The notes under the pieces were generated by a model, which was not told the origin of the DNA, searched no databases, and saw only the letters and a program-made list of their open reading frames with translations. A program made the translations under genes and the position numbers. A stretch of 63,826 bases of DNA, filler included, from Trichomonas gallinae (lineage: Eukaryota): the NCBI GenBank assembly GCA_008369845.1. It is 3 parts of 3 records of this genome, joined end to end, with 100 filler letters (N's around TTAATTAATTAA, not from the genome) between each part and the next. Parts side by side here need not be neighbours in the genome. Positions count along the whole stretch, not along the records: positions 1 to 28,275 come from MRSU01000652.1; 2 more parts are not named here. One strand, given 5' to 3'. Shown one piece after another: positions 11,694 through 22,735 of this stretch. How positions within the stretch are numbered: the first letter of the stretch is position 1; the number at the start of each line of letters is the position of its first letter.

Positions 11694-12161
11694 ATGCTTG
11701 CTTATAAGAGATTCAGTAAGAAAGAGGATGAGAAGCTGTCGAAGCTTGTAGAATTGTATGGCACAGGAAAATGGAAAGAAGTTGCAAAAAAGATGAATGG
11801 CAGAACATCAAGACAATGCATGGACAGGTATATTAGGTTCCTAGCACCTAACCTTGCAAACAGGGAATGGACAAAGGAAGAAGATGATATGCTTTTAGAT
11901 CTCGTTCCCAAACTTTTACCAAAATGGAGGTTTATTGCATCACATTTTGATGGGAGAAGTGATATTCAGATTAAAAATAGGTATAACAAGCTCTTGAACA
12001 GAATAAAGAATGGAGTAAATGTTCAAGAATTGAAAGAGGAAAAAAGTGAACCAAAAGAATTCAAAAAACTGCTGCATCCATTGGATGCTTTCGAATATGA
12101 TGACATGTTTTTAGTCTTTGAATATAATGATGAAAATATTCATTACGAGAATTCGTTTTAG
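11694..12161 (+). CDS. R2R3-type Myb DNA-binding protein
   Basis: Two Myb repeats (FSKKEDEKL...W...GRTSRQCMDRY; WTKEEDDML...W...GRSDIQIKNRY); Inr TCATT upstream. Confidence 0.93.
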   Translation: MLAYKRFSKKEDEKLSKLVELYGTGKWKEVAKKMNGRTSRQCMDRYIRFLAPNLANREWTKEEDDMLLDLVPKLLPKWRFIASHFDGRSDIQIKNRYNKLLNRIKNGVNVQELKEEKSEPKEFKKLLHPLDAFEYDDMFLVFEYNDENIHYENSF

Positions 12162-12684
12162 CTGCATGTCTTTTGTAAGATATAAGAGGAAAACGTTTAT
12201 TAGATAATCGTTTTTCTCCATTGTTTCTTCTTTGCTGTATAATAAACTAGTGAATTTGACAAACAACCACACTCAAATACGATGAAGTTCCCTATAACCC
12301 TCATTATAAGAAAAAAATTTTTTTTTGTTTACCAAGAAAATCAATCAATATTTCGAGATTAATACTTGGAATAGTCTGATCGTAATAGAATAATAATACA
12401 AGTAAGAGTTTGCTATAGTATTTAGCGAAAAAAAAAAAACACTTTTTGATGAACGTGCACTCGTCAAATTTGAGAATTTTCCTGACTAGTGCAAAACTGA
12501 TATAGTATGTGAGAGAGAAAATTTGAAACGATACAATATGTTTTAAAGCTTTTTTATTGAGTAATCAAAAATATTGAATCAGATTAAAAATACCTAACCT
12601 TATGAATGAATTTTTTTTTTTCACTATAAACAGTTTTTACATGATTTTATATTGTAATTTGCAGTGTTTTTGCTTCATTTTTTA

Positions 12685-14067
12685 ATGGAGGATGAAGATG
12701 AGTTTGATTGGAATAGAAACATGGAGATGATTGTTTCAAAAGAAAAGGCATATGTGTATGTAACAGCAAATATAACAACAAATGAAGCTGATCATGCAAA
12801 AATATTATCGATTTTTCAAAAATTTGAAGCAGCAATAAATTCAGAAGATGTAAATGCATCAGCAGCCCATATTAAAATGATTTGTAACTATAATTCAGGT
12901 TTAACTCATTTTTCGAATGAAACAACAATATTTCTTCAAGAAAAAAAGTTTATAGCAATGATTGAGAAGCTGATTGAGAATCTGGCAAACGATTTTTATA
13001 TAAGTTTGCTGCCTTCTATTAGTTATTTGACTTCAATTCCAGAATTTGCAACTTTAATATCGCAATCTTTTATATTTGATCATTCATTTGATATTTTGAA
13101 TGAATTCCATGGATACACAAATCAAGATATTAAAATTGTATTGGATTTCATTGCATCTATATCAAAAATCGGAAATTTATCAGAATTAATTTATGAAAAA
13201 GGAATTTTGAACTTTATAAAACAAGTTAATGAAGGAGATGTATCAATTGAACTGATAGAAATCGTTACAGCTTTCTTTCCAAAATATTTTCCGAATTTGT
13301 GCAAAGAAGAAATGCCTATGATAAAATCTTTAGAAATATTCCGTCTTTTTGGCTTGATGCTCGATCGTAGTTTGCAAATAGATGCTGAATTAGCAAATAT
13401 TATACAGCAAAATTTAGTTTTTAATTTCCTGATGTGCTGCGGTAATAGTTCTATCAGCAAACTCATCTTAACACTAGGAATAAGCTATAAATTAGCTGAA
13501 AACTTAGAAATATTCAACACAAGGGCGAAATTATTTGCAATCCAAATAATGTGCCGTAATTTTCATGATGACGTATTAACATCATATCTGGTAGTACTTG
13601 CAGGTAAAATTAACATAGAGTTGTTGAATGATCTCTTAGAAAATGGCGACGAATTAATGAAAAATAATGTTTTGATATTATTTTCTTATTTATTTAAGTA
13701 TATAGAAGACTTGGCTGATCATGAAGCAGGTGAAAATGCTTTTCTTAATGTCAACAAGCTGTACATGACTCTCACAGCTGATTCCAAGAAGATTGCAATT
13801 GATTGTTTAATTTCAGGCTTTAAATACTCGAAAATCAAAGAATTCAAGAAACTTTGGTTCATGAATGATTTATTCGTTGAAGGTGTTGAAAACATCTGTT
13901 TAGATTATTTAGATGATGAAATTAATGAAGAATATCGAAAATTCATTCAAGAAATATTTGATATCTGCGATAAAGGATCTGACATGTATCATGCAATATA
14001 TCCATACGTAGATCGTGGTATTATTCGTGAAAAAACTGATCCACACTATAAATTTACTGTTAATTAA
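12685..14067 (+). CDS. Hypothetical alpha-helical (possibly ARM-like) protein
   Basis: 460-codon ORF; first ATG follows Inr TCATTT; fold is a guess from helical periodicity. Confidence 0.75.
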   Translation: MEDEDEFDWNRNMEMIVSKEKAYVYVTANITTNEADHAKILSIFQKFEAAINSEDVNASAAHIKMICNYNSGLTHFSNETTIFLQEKKFIAMIEKLIENLANDFYISLLPSISYLTSIPEFATLISQSFIFDHSFDILNEFHGYTNQDIKIVLDFIASISKIGNLSELIYEKGILNFIKQVNEGDVSIELIEIVTAFFPKYFPNLCKEEMPMIKSLEIFRLFGLMLDRSLQIDAELANIIQQNLVFNFLMCCGNSSISKLILTLGISYKLAENLEIFNTRAKLFAIQIMCRNFHDDVLTSYLVVLAGKINIELLNDLLENGDELMKNNVLILFSYLFKYIEDLADHEAGENAFLNVNKLYMTLTADSKKIAIDCLISGFKYSKIKEFKKLWFMNDLFVEGVENICLDYLDDEINEEYRKFIQEIFDICDKGSDMYHAIYPYVDRGIIREKTDPHYKFTVN

Positions 14068-14402
14068 TAAATATTATACATGAACATGTATTTTTTGATT
14101 TATCATGTCAATTATATACATGAAATAAATGTATCTATCTAGAAATGACAATGAAATTTTAATATTTATTAATATCAAATTAAAATTATTGCGTTTTAAA
14201 AGTTTAGGATTAATATGATTTATATGGTCAGGAAAAAGTTGGTGTAATATATATATAGAAAGCTAGAATAAAGAAAAAATTTAAAATTTAATGATACTGT
14301 TTAGTCTGAGCTAAGAAATGATAAAACATGTTAAGTGCTGAAACCATGAGAATTGAAAACACTTTCTCGAATCGGAGAAAAAAAGAGATTGATTAAAATG
14401 CC

Positions 14403-15215
14403 TTAGTAGTGAGATCCGTGGCGGCTGTGTGTTGAGCTTCTTCCTGAGCGCTTGTGGTCATCGTTGGAAGAATATCCAAGGGATCTGGACTCCCTCTTCG
14501 GGGAATAACCAATTCCTGCGTTTCTTGAGCCCATGTGAGAGAGGAATGGGTCGGATTTGATCTTAGACTCCCAGTTCTGGTTGAATGAGTCAACCTCGGA
14601 GTCATTCATACCGTGAACTTTGCGAGAATCCGTTGTCTTACCATCGGAATCAATCTTACGATCGTAGACAACAGTCTTGTCACCAAGTCTTCTCATCTCT
14701 GCCATGTGAGTCTTACCGGACGAGTCAGTATCCTTGCGCTTTGCGCTGACAGTGCCATCAGCATTCGAATAGCTGACATAAGAGGAGCTGTAGTAGTAAG
14801 GAGCGGCATTTCCTGCTGGAGCATCATCGTAATTTCTAGAGCTTGAGTGTTTCGAGCTTGATGTGTTTGATTTGTTATAATTTCTCGATCTTGAGCTTGT
14901 GTAATCGTCGGGTTCCTCAACTCTTGGAGCTCTAGAGTTCGATGACGTGTGTGTATCATCGACTTCTTCAACAGAAGGTCTATGAGATCTAGAATTGTTG
15001 GAGTTATTCATTCCAATGGCAGGGCGGCTGAACGAGGAGCCAAAATCATCATCAAAACCGATGCCCATCCTGCCAAAATTGCCGAATGCTTCGTTCATCA
15101 TCCTGTTCATGTGCTTGTCGAATTCTTTGAATGTCTCATTCACATGCGAGAAAATGTCGCCATGTGGGAAGCTAGCCTTTTCATCAAAGAAAGGATCGTT
15201 GAACCAGTCACTCAT
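14403..15215 (-). CDS. MLF: Myeloid leukemia factor (MLF)-like protein
   Basis: DPFF N-terminus and 'YYSSSYVSYS...DSSGKTHMAEMRRLGDK...GMNDSEVDSFNQNWE' match the MLF family pattern. Confidence 0.8.
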   Translation of the reverse strand: MSDWFNDPFFDEKASFPHGDIFSHVNETFKEFDKHMNRMMNEAFGNFGRMGIGFDDDFGSSFSRPAIGMNNSNNSRSHRPSVEEVDDTHTSSNSRAPRVEEPDDYTSSRSRNYNKSNTSSSKHSSSRNYDDAPAGNAAPYYYSSSYVSYSNADGTVSAKRKDTDSSGKTHMAEMRRLGDKTVVYDRKIDSDGKTTDSRKVHGMNDSEVDSFNQNWESKIKSDPFLSHMGSRNAGIGYSPKRESRSLGYSSNDDHKRSGRSSTHSRHGSHY

Positions 15216-15747
15216 CGCTGAAAATGTATGATAATTGACTGGACACTTATCGCTTTAATTATTTGTGTGGAAAATTATCGTTTGGGGGTTAGATTTTCTC
15301 TAAAATTTCCCGTGCATTTTGATTTTCTATTATTATATAATAATTTGGCAAAAAATCGTTTTCAAAAACTTTATTTTTTTGATTTCTCCATCAAAAAACA
15401 AGAAATTAAAACTTAACAGTGTTGATTTGTAATATACTGACTGTTATCAGTATTATTATAACGTGAAAAATCCGAAATATCTGTGATTTCAAAAACTCAA
15501 ATTTATTCAAAATATAGAGATTTAAATTAAAAATTTCAGTTAGAAAAATTGTACATTTATTAAAAATTATAATTAGATACCAAAATTTTGAGAAAACAAA
15601 TTAGGAATTATAAAAATTGCCATGAAAATCACTAAAATTCTAAAATTATAGAATATTACATAATTCAAAATATTAATTTGGAATTAAAAAGAAAATACGT
15701 TGAATTTTTTACATGTCAAAAATTTAGAAAATTTTGTCATGTAAGTT

Positions 15748-16110
15748 ATGACTGAGAACGGGAAGAATGATGATGTTGAAGCAGAAATCATTTCTCTTCT
15801 CGGCCATTTGAATGATGCAATGAAAATACTCGAAAATTTAGATGAAAATAATCGAGAAGCCTTAGTTCAGTCTGTTCACTCGATTGTTGGCTCATTTCAG
15901 AACTTACATAGTTTAGAGTCAGGCGTTGCAGGCTCTGTACCTCATCAATTGATAGAACAGATAGATCAAGGTAACAATCCAGACGATTTCTCTAAGAAAC
16001 TCGTTGAAGAATATAAACAAAGCGCCAAACGCGTCGAAGAAAAACAGAAATGGATGAATGCATTCAAAGAAAAGCTAGATGCCAGCATTGATGCTAATTT
16101 CAAAAAATAG
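15748..16110 (+). CDS. MED10: Mediator subunit 10 (Nut2)
   Basis: 120 aa with the signature 'VPHQLIEQIDQGNNPDDFSK...K...AFKEKL'. Confidence 0.88.
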   Translation: MTENGKNDDVEAEIISLLGHLNDAMKILENLDENNREALVQSVHSIVGSFQNLHSLESGVAGSVPHQLIEQIDQGNNPDDFSKKLVEEYKQSAKRVEEKQKWMNAFKEKLDASIDANFKK

Positions 16111-16339
16111 ATTATCTTTGATACATCAAATCCACGGATTTATAGTTTTGAATTGTTATTAACAGTTATTTACTACGCGCTAAATCATTGTGTTTTATAT
16201 ATTCTTTCTTTTTCATAAATAAACAAAAATATATTGAAAAAGAGAGAGATATAAAATGAACAATTAGGAAATATTTTTAGCTGATTTGATATATATTGTA
16301 TTGTAATTTGGGCTAGATTTGAATGGTAATATAAGAGGT

Positions 16340-16570
16340 TTATTCAAACAAATTAGATTGACAACAAGAATATCCAACCTCCCGACATTCTGGTTGTATT
16401 GTCTTGATTGGTATATTAGCCAGCTTAGAATTAATCTGCCCAATAGGCCTTGTAGGTCTAGGCAGAGAGCGTCCAATAGAGGATGGATCAATAGGGAAAA
16501 GTTCTCGATTCACTCGTGGAATAGGTGCGTCTAAGATTGATAGTTGTTGTCGAGGTACTCTAATGCTCAT
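16340..16570 (-). CDS. Small Pro/Arg-rich hypothetical protein (76 aa)
   Basis: ATG ORF in a GC island; AAAGTGAC motif at 16586-16593 on the same strand just upstream. Confidence 0.55.
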   Translation of the reverse strand: MSIRVPRQQLSILDAPIPRVNRELFPIDPSSIGRSLPRPTRPIGQINSKLANIPIKTIQPECREVGYSCCQSNLFE

Positions 16571-17805
16571 TCTTTATCAGATACTGTCACTTTTAAGATT
16601 TTGATTCATAGGAAAATCCGCCATTTTCTGATAAGCATGATCTATATCGTATATAATGCTAATTTTTTCATAAATTTTTCCAAAATCATAATTCAATGAG
16701 TTTGTAAATTTTTATCAAAATAGCATAATCTGGTTATTCAATGTATTATAACCTTGTTTTGTTTTGCGATTAAAAATTTCCTTTCAATTTTTTGGTGTCA
16801 GATTTTTGGGACTTTTATGATGAGTTGATGAGATTTTTTCTGTTTTAGATACTCTATCATATTCTATGCTGTAAATCAAAACAAAAATCATATTTTTATG
16901 TGTAAAATTTTGAGAAAACAACTAAAATTTATATTTAGATATCTAATCATATATAAATTTAAAATCTGTGTAAAAATGAAATTCCTCGTTAAAAAATTCT
17001 CCATGTTGAAAAATAATCTTTTTAGAACAAAAATAAATATAGTTTATAGTTTATTATAATAATATTATCAAAAAATGTATGATTCATCAATATTATTTGG
17101 AAAATTTCCTGCGTTTAATATCCAAACCAGGATAATATAATAGAATATTATATTATATGAAGATTTTTAAAAGTTAAATGGTCTTTTGTTTTGATTATTC
17201 AACAAATTTCATAAATTTCTTAAAATTTTCTAATATTCTTCATCTGATACATATATAGATGCTAGATTTTGAAATTTTTCATAGTAGTAAGAATTTGGAT
17301 TAAAGTTATATATATCAAAAATAGTACAAAAATATTTTGATTTTTTATTACTTTTTGAAATTCACATAAAATTCCAAGAGCATTCCGACCATCATATCAT
17401 AATAACGAATCTACAATATGAGATCACCTCATATTCACAACCAAATCGATTTTTATTGATCCGATATAAAAATTACAAAATGTTGGGCCACTTCATCTTT
17501 TTATACAAAATCACAACAATATGTTATCTGTTATTTAATTACGAACATGTTGCAAATGTTGTCTGGCAAAGTTCCATAACCTTTCAATTTTTTTCCCGCA
17601 AAGCAAGTTCACTTTTGTTGTTTAATTAATTTGCAGAGTATCTCGTTATTTCCGTTATCTACAATGTCTCAGGAGGCCAATGGAAGTAAAACGACAAACA
17701 CAGCTAAAATGTGAATTATATTCCCGGCATTATATGTAAAGTTCTCAAAATATGCTTCATGGCGCAAAAGAAAGGCGCGAAAAATCATGATCTCATTTTT
17801 AGAAC

Positions 17806-18225
17806 ATGTTCGGTGGCTACGATGACTACGACTTCGATATTGATGTCCTGTCATCGCCTGTGGCTGCAAGGGACACATACATGACCACGAACACTGTTGA
17901 ACTTTCCAATCAAACTTTCTTTGACGATGTCACCGATCCAGCTTTCATGTCAAGCTTCGAGTATGGCATGGATCAAGGGAAGCAAGCACAGCACAGCGCA
18001 ATCCCAAGAACTTCTTCTGCCCCCGAGTTCACATATTCTACTCCTCAAGCTTCGAGCTATTTGACCTTGGAAGTCAATGCTCCTCCTTGCGCCAAGCCAA
18101 AGCCGCAGAAAAAGCAGTCAATGGTCTTTCGACCATTTTCATCTTTTGATGCGACTGAGCTGACCGTTAAGGCTTTGAAGCAGCAATCATTTACATCACA
18201 GAAGCAGTCTATCTTTAGTTGGTAG
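17806..18225 (+). CDS. Hypothetical low-complexity protein (139 aa)
   Basis: GC-rich ORF with Inr TCATTT about 13 nt before the ATG; no family recognised. Confidence 0.75.
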   Translation: MFGGYDDYDFDIDVLSSPVAARDTYMTTNTVELSNQTFFDDVTDPAFMSSFEYGMDQGKQAQHSAIPRTSSAPEFTYSTPQASSYLTLEVNAPPCAKPKPQKKQSMVFRPFSSFDATELTVKALKQQSFTSQKQSIFSW

Positions 18226-18679
18226 ACCTTCCTTACGTATATGATTTTATTTTTTTTATTTTTTTGCGCTTATATATAAATGTTTAGAGAATTACATTCT
18301 TTATCTTCTTATACAGCTGGCTTCTTTCACAATTGTTTGAGTGAAATAATATTTGCAATCTGAATATTGACTATTTTGCATTTTTGAACAGGGGATTATT
18401 ACATGCTGGTGCAGCCCAAACAACATATCATACTGAAAATTTCATTTCACTTGATAATAATTTTACAAAAAATATAATTTAATACGAACTTTTTAATACT
18501 GAAAATGAATACAATACAAGTTGGGTATTATGGTTTTAATCACATCTGACTTGAACTATGAGTCGCAATTTTCAAATCATTTTAATTCATTATGATCCAT
18601 CAGTATAATTGTCATTACCTAGCACACCAAGTTCCAACTTGGAATATTCATCTATGGATGCTTAAAGATATATTTCAAA

Positions 18680-19150
18680 AATTAAATTTACAAATCTAGC
18701 AATTTCTATATCGTAAACAAACATATATGGCTTAGATGATCATATATAATTAACACTTAGTGGTGAATTAAGTTTATATATTCAAATTGCAAATCTAACA
18801 ATTTTTACATGATTAATGATCACATATAGTTTAGGTGATTATATATCTTGAAAGCAAATTAACGTATTAAGAAAATAAATTTTAATTTTGCATACTTAAC
18901 AATTTCTACATGACCAATACTCATTAAAAGTGCAACTGAACATATATTATGAATACAAATTACTATATTAAATTGACTTATTAAATTTGCAAATCTAACA
19001 ATTTCAATATGACCAATGAACACATATAGTTTAAGTGATTATATATAATGTATACAAATTGATCAAATAAGATAATATTTTAATTTTGCAAATCTAACAA
19101 TTTTTACATGACCAACAATCATATAAGATTAGATGATTAGATCTACATAA
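18680..19150 (-). pseudogene. Decayed ankyrin-repeat array (five ~99-bp units)
   Basis: Unit anchors at 18691, 18790, 18891, 18990, 19089 (33-codon period). Minus strand reads 'FIGHIEIVRFA' and 'GHVKIVRFA' with stops. Confidence 0.7.
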
Positions 19151-19298
19151 TAAATAATAACCAAATAAGAAAAATATAAAATAAAAATATCAAAATAATC
19201 AAAATAAAACAATTTTTAAGCGGCGAATATCAATAAAATAAGGAGAAGGGTTGTTTAAAACAGTGATGAAAAGTGAAAATTAGTAACGTAACCAAAAA

Positions 19299-22200
19299 AT
19301 GAGTGACATGCAGATTAAAATTTACGGCGAGATCGGAAAAGGCCGCCCGTCTCCGAATTTCGCGCAGACAATCGTCTACAAGGCCAGGAAGAACAACACT
19401 GTAGAGTTTGTTGCGGCCAAATCCGTTGATGCCGTAAGAATCGATGAAATCTCGAACGCTGTCCACATAATGCACAACATGCACCACGAAAACATCGTGC
19501 AGTTCGTCAACTGGTACCAAGTCGAGAACAGTATTTTCCTCGTGCTTGAGTATTGCCCTGGAGGATCATTATCTGACATTTTAGAGCGAGATGTTCGCCT
19601 TCCGGAGTCTGTAATACGTATTTTCGCAAGTGATGTTGCTGCTGCTTTGCTTTATTTGCACAAAAATGGCGTTTATTTCTCAAATTTCGATACAAGAAAT
19701 TTCATTCTCGATGAAAATGGCATTGTCAAGCTTTCAGACTTTTGCAGATCTGTTCTAGATGGAAATTACTGCAATCTCACAGACATAGATCCAGAATATC
19801 TCGAAGTTTTACCAGTTGAAATCATTGATTTTAGTTCAAAGCCAAATATAGCCACAGATTTATATGGATTTGGATGCCTCTTGTACAAACTAGCAAGTGG
19901 TCAGACTCCTTTTGCAGGAGACGGCCAAGCAGAATTAGAATATAAAATTAGAAACACGAATGTCGATTATATCCCAACTGTTTCAGCAGATCTTAATGAT
20001 TTAATTCGCAAACTTACAGATAAAAAGGCAATAAACCGTCCAACATGGGAAGAATTAGTTAAACATCCGTTTTGGAAGGGAATTTTCGCTTCTAGAGAGG
20101 ATGCTTGCGATTTTTGCAACTTCCCAACAATGGACTTCAATATTCCAGCTTACGAATCATCAGAAATCACAGAAAATGAAGAAGATATCCTCGATGTTAG
20201 GCCAAAAGAGAATCTTGCCAATTCTATCACATTCCGTGCTTCAAGTGTTTTCTCGTCAATATCAGAAAAAGTCGATACAATCAAAAATCTTTTACTTCGA
20301 TCTCCATTTCTTAAACCGCAGAGCGTCGTAATGAATCAAGCAGTCGAAGCTATAAATCTTCCAAGTGTAAATGCAGCGCAGATGCCAGTTACTCTCGATT
20401 CAATCAAAACAGGTCAAAAAGAAATTATTGATACAATTGTAAAGCAACTTTCATCAAAAGATGTCGTTAAAAGGCAGAGTCCGTTGATTACATTCTTAAT
20501 TACAGGAGCAAAGAACACAGAAGTTGCAAATGGCCTTGCAACAAATGGATTCTTGTCTTCTATTATGAATTTAGCAGTCAAATCAAAGCATGTATCTATA
20601 GCAGCTGCGCATTGCATATTATTTGGAACAGTTCTTCAATTTGCGCAAATAATTGATTTTGATTCTGAAGTCAACAACGAAACAGTCTTTGGGGCACTAG
20701 AAAAACTCTCAAGCAGTCCAAAAGATAAAGTAAAGCGGAAAGCAATTTCAGCAATTTGCTCATTATTAACATTTTGCGCAAATAAAGGCGAAAGAGTCCC
20801 ACCAAAGCTCATGGATGCCATCTATAACACATTAAAACCATCAAGCGATGATGTTTGTCGCCATTATTCGCTCAAAGCCCTAACAAACGTTTTCTTGTCA
20901 CTTCACCCGGAAATAATCGATATGAACAACGCGGAAAACATGCTTACGAAGCTCGACGTGACAGCTCATCCCAACAACTCAATGACGGAGAGTCTGTCTT
21001 TGGCCGTCTGCGCGTTATTCAAGGAAAGAAAGCCGTCACAATCTTCCAGTGATTATCTGCAGCATCTCACGAAATCGTTGATAGTCAAACTCGGAGCGAC
21101 GACTGCTGTCATTGCTATGGTTATAGCGTGCGAGTGCGACATTTTGACTTCAGCGAAGGACGAGCTTCTGAGCGCGTTCAACAAGAGCGTCGGAGAAGTT
21201 AAGTGGCGCTCGATGCTCGCTTTGTGTTTGGTCTTGAAATCCAACATGTCAGAGTTTGCGTCGATCGCAGAAAAAGTTTTCGGCTATGCAGATAAGTTGC
21301 AATACGACGACCCGCAGGTCTACGAGGCATTCATCAGGTGGTCCTGCGACTACTGCGACGAGATCCTCGAAACAGCTGTCAACGGCGGATTCTCTAATCT
21401 AAGGATAATCATCGAGGCAATGAAATCGAAACAAGCGGCGATGAGAATCTACAGGCCGAAGTTCGACAGAAGGCTGAAAGAAATTGCGAGATCAGAGCAG
21501 TTCCAGCAGCAGGGCAGCGACATGCTTCTTGAAATATTACTTCAAGCATCAACTTTAGGTTTGACTGAATCGATATCTATGGTTAATGACTTGAATCGTG
21601 CATTATCGTCGCCGATTAAAGATGTCAGATTCGTTGCATTGAGAATATTAAGCATGGCGACTAACGACATGATGGCCGACTCTCCTGAGGCTGAAGGCAT
21701 AATCAAGAACCTTTCTAATTCGCTGGAAAACTTGCTGAATGACGATTCCGTTATTACCGATGCATGCTTGAAAGTTTTGGAAAACCTGATTTTGATCGAT
21801 GAAGCAGCCGTTGTCGCAATATTCCAGAGGCCATCTCAGATATCAGCCGTATTCAACAGGGTTGGATTCTGCTCGTCTGCTGTAAAGATCTGCGAGCCTC
21901 TTCTTGCTACATCAATTACACTAGAATCACTGGTTTCGCTCAACTTGATTCCGTGCGTGATGCGAGGCATGGATAACCAAGACACAATATCAGACGGAAT
22001 AGATTTGTTATATGCCGCTCTTCTTCTCGTCGAAGAGAATCTGATTGACGCATCATCAGCAGTTGCCAAGAAAACTGTCAAGAGCGTCAACTCTCTCTCA
22101 ACGATGGCTCCAAAATGCGCATCACTTGTCTTGGATTATCCTAAGGCAGCTGATTGTTTGAGGATGCTCATCAACATTTTCACTCCTCTGCCCGGCCAGA

Positions 22201-22454
22201 CTGATGTTGTCATTGAGAGCGCATTCCAGCCGTTCGCCCAGGCACTGATGTCTGGACACTCGAAGCCGGAGTGCGCCAGCTCGTTGAGCCAAGTCATTGA
22301 GCAGCTGAAGAAAAGTGCAGGAAGCTGCAGCTCATTGAAGCTGAAACTGAAAGGTTCTTCGAAGCTTATGTCTGCAATGAGGACAGCTGCACAGTCAGGA
22401 GTTGGAGAACTCAGAAGAACAACCGAAGGAGCGTTGACTGTTATTAAAAGCTAA
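19299..22454 (+). CDS. ULK4: ULK4/RUNKEL-like pseudokinase with C-terminal ARM/HEAT repeats
   Basis: 'EIGKG...IVYKARK.NTVEFVA...HENIVQFVNWY...LVLEYCPGGSL' is ULK4-like. HRD is replaced by YFSN and DFG by DFC; long helical tail. Confidence 0.8.
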   Translation: MSDMQIKIYGEIGKGRPSPNFAQTIVYKARKNNTVEFVAAKSVDAVRIDEISNAVHIMHNMHHENIVQFVNWYQVENSIFLVLEYCPGGSLSDILERDVRLPESVIRIFASDVAAALLYLHKNGVYFSNFDTRNFILDENGIVKLSDFCRSVLDGNYCNLTDIDPEYLEVLPVEIIDFSSKPNIATDLYGFGCLLYKLASGQTPFAGDGQAELEYKIRNTNVDYIPTVSADLNDLIRKLTDKKAINRPTWEELVKHPFWKGIFASREDACDFCNFPTMDFNIPAYESSEITENEEDILDVRPKENLANSITFRASSVFSSISEKVDTIKNLLLRSPFLKPQSVVMNQAVEAINLPSVNAAQMPVTLDSIKTGQKEIIDTIVKQLSSKDVVKRQSPLITFLITGAKNTEVANGLATNGFLSSIMNLAVKSKHVSIAAAHCILFGTVLQFAQIIDFDSEVNNETVFGALEKLSSSPKDKVKRKAISAICSLLTFCANKGERVPPKLMDAIYNTLKPSSDDVCRHYSLKALTNVFLSLHPEIIDMNNAENMLTKLDVTAHPNNSMTESLSLAVCALFKERKPSQSSSDYLQHLTKSLIVKLGATTAVIAMVIACECDILTSAKDELLSAFNKSVGEVKWRSMLALCLVLKSNMSEFASIAEKVFGYADKLQYDDPQVYEAFIRWSCDYCDEILETAVNGGFSNLRIIIEAMKSKQAAMRIYRPKFDRRLKEIARSEQFQQQGSDMLLEILLQASTLGLTESISMVNDLNRALSSPIKDVRFVALRILSMATNDMMADSPEAEGIIKNLSNSLENLLNDDSVITDACLKVLENLILIDEAAVVAIFQRPSQISAVFNRVGFCSSAVKICEPLLATSITLESLVSLNLIPCVMRGMDNQDTISDGIDLLYAALLLVEENLIDASSAVAKKTVKSVNSLSTMAPKCASLVLDYPKAADCLRMLINIFTPLPGQTDVVIESAFQPFAQALMSGHSKPECASSLSQVIEQLKKSAGSCSSLKLKLKGSSKLMSAMRTAAQSGVGELRRTTEGALTVIKS

Positions 22455-22735
22455 AAGTAAAATTGTTTTGTTTATTCTATATTAAATCAAATATTTTTTT
22501 TGAAAATCAACGAAATTAAATATAAAATCATGATTGTAAAAACTAATATTATGATTATATTTGGAAATTTTTGAGTTAATACAAGATACTATTATTCAAA
22601 ATTATTTTCATCCATTTAAATTGATAATATGCTAAAATTATGAACTTACATGGTAGTGTTGTTGAGATTAATAATAGATATTTTTCATATTACATAATAA
22701 CAACATAATTTAAATATACATACAAAAAATAATGA

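Noticed and set aside
16560..16584. 25-nt GT...AG segment on the minus strand as a possible short intron
   Set aside because: No ACTAAC branch motif, and splicing gives a stop within about ten codons.
18680..19150. Regularly spaced ~35-bp conserved blocks resembling a CRISPR array or satellite
   Set aside because: The period is 99 bp (33 codons), the 'spacers' resemble each other, the minus strand gives ankyrin motifs, the context is eukaryotic and no cas genes are present.
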